From Octopus sinensis (Eukaryota): 64,000 bases of DNA. This document shows, in pieces, positions 62,893-64,000 of this stretch. The position numbers and the translations under genes are program-made. The notes beneath the pieces were generated by a model, which saw nothing but the letters and a program-made list of their open reading frames with translations, was not told where the DNA came from and made no database searches. Numbering within the stretch: the first letter of the stretch is position 1; the number at the start of each line of letters is the position of its first letter. The stretch lies in the NCBI RefSeq assembly GCF_006345805.1, contig NC_043005.1, positions 54,312,001-54,376,000 of the forward strand, given 5' to 3'.

Positions 62893-64000
62893 TAAGTCCC
62901 AGAGTACTCAAATTTCTGAACATTACTTTTGAATTTTTACAGATGATTGAAAATAGGTTAAGATTTTTTTAAATTATTAAAACTTCTTTACTTCAAGTAG
63001 AAATGGAAATACTCGGTGTCCTATAATTAGGACACTGAGATAATGTGATATAGCTTATTTAAGGTCTTCATTTAGTGTCCTATTTATAGGACAGTGGTAC
63101 TTAATGGGGTAACCCCTTCCTCGAAATTACGGACCTTGTGCCAAAGTTTAAAACCAATATTAAGTTGGTGAAAACGTTTCAGTTCACTGCACACCAGTCG
63201 TACAGCCCTTCATTTATCCTACTGCTATCCATGATAAATGCCTATTTAAAATAGTTAAAAGCTGAAATGACTAATTGCGAGGTAAAAGTAACAGGAAAAA
63301 AATAAAATATTCCATTGTTAAGGAAAATTAACGGAATATAAATTATACTGTTGAAAACGTCTTAAATAAACCAGGAATTACAACTATTATATTTCTGTTG
63401 ACTTAGATGTTTCTTTTTGCTCGAATTCTGTAGAGAGAAAGCTGTAATCAGACGATGCCCACCTATCTAAAATCTCCTGCTAGCATGTTTATCATTTCCT
63501 GCATTCAGAGACTACATTTTTATGACGTTAGCTAATAGAGGTCACATGATTTTCATGATCCCTTGCTTCCAAAATTTGTATCTTTATTTGTTTTGCGCCA
63601 ACTTTGAGTTATAAAAATAGAGTCTTCTCACCTAGAAGTCAGATACGGACGAATAGCAGGCTAGTGGCGATCGAAATACAGAAGTGGGAAACACTATCAA
63701 GAGAACTCCTTGGCCAGTAACTGAAAAGGAAGTAATGCGAAAATATGCATGAACTATCGTTTGCTTTTTAAGACATTTTTACACTTGTTTCCTTGTATAA
63801 AAAAACAATGCTTCTACGACTCATTATTTTTCTGTTTCTTTCAACGCAATAAATTTTTCTTGATGACAAAATGACAAGCATATTGTCTTGTTACTTCTCA
63901 CTAGAAAAACGGCTTCATTTACATTTGAACCGTTGAAATTTTCTTACGTATCAAAAGATCATATTCTGCAACTATTTTTGGTAAGAATATTGTTTCATTT

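Overview
This is AT-rich, extremely microsatellite-dense animal non-coding DNA. The SINE families and microsatellite load look like an octopus (coleoid cephalopod) genome; that is pattern recognition, not a database result. I found no host protein-coding exon, rRNA, intact tRNA or CRISPR array that I can support. Nearly every ORF in the track is a translation artefact of di-, tri- or tetranucleotide repeats. The real protein homologies are all decayed transposons: three Tc1/mariner elements with both TIRs (566, 1302 and 904 bp), four R4/Dong-like RLE non-LTR fragments, three Penelope-like relics, a CR1-like 3' end, a heavily deleted Gypsy element with 5' LTR and PBS, and a Helitron helicase fragment. 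There are also many tRNA-derived SINEs of at least four types. The most interesting signals are structural: (i) a roughly 2-kb (ATC)-derived array with a 372/347-bp alternating, 719-bp higher-order repeat; (ii) multimers and target re-use in one SINE family, including a trimer inside one 16-bp TSD, a dimer with shared private variants, two copies bracketed by three identical 16-mers, and a 7-copy stack; (iii) long near-perfect fold-backs of about 280 and 141 bp set in (AT)n; (iv) a CpG-richer zone with E-boxes from about 60.4 kb. Coordinates were read by hand. TSD, TIR and palindrome ends should be accurate to a base or two; ends of decayed elements are approximate (about +/-20 bp).
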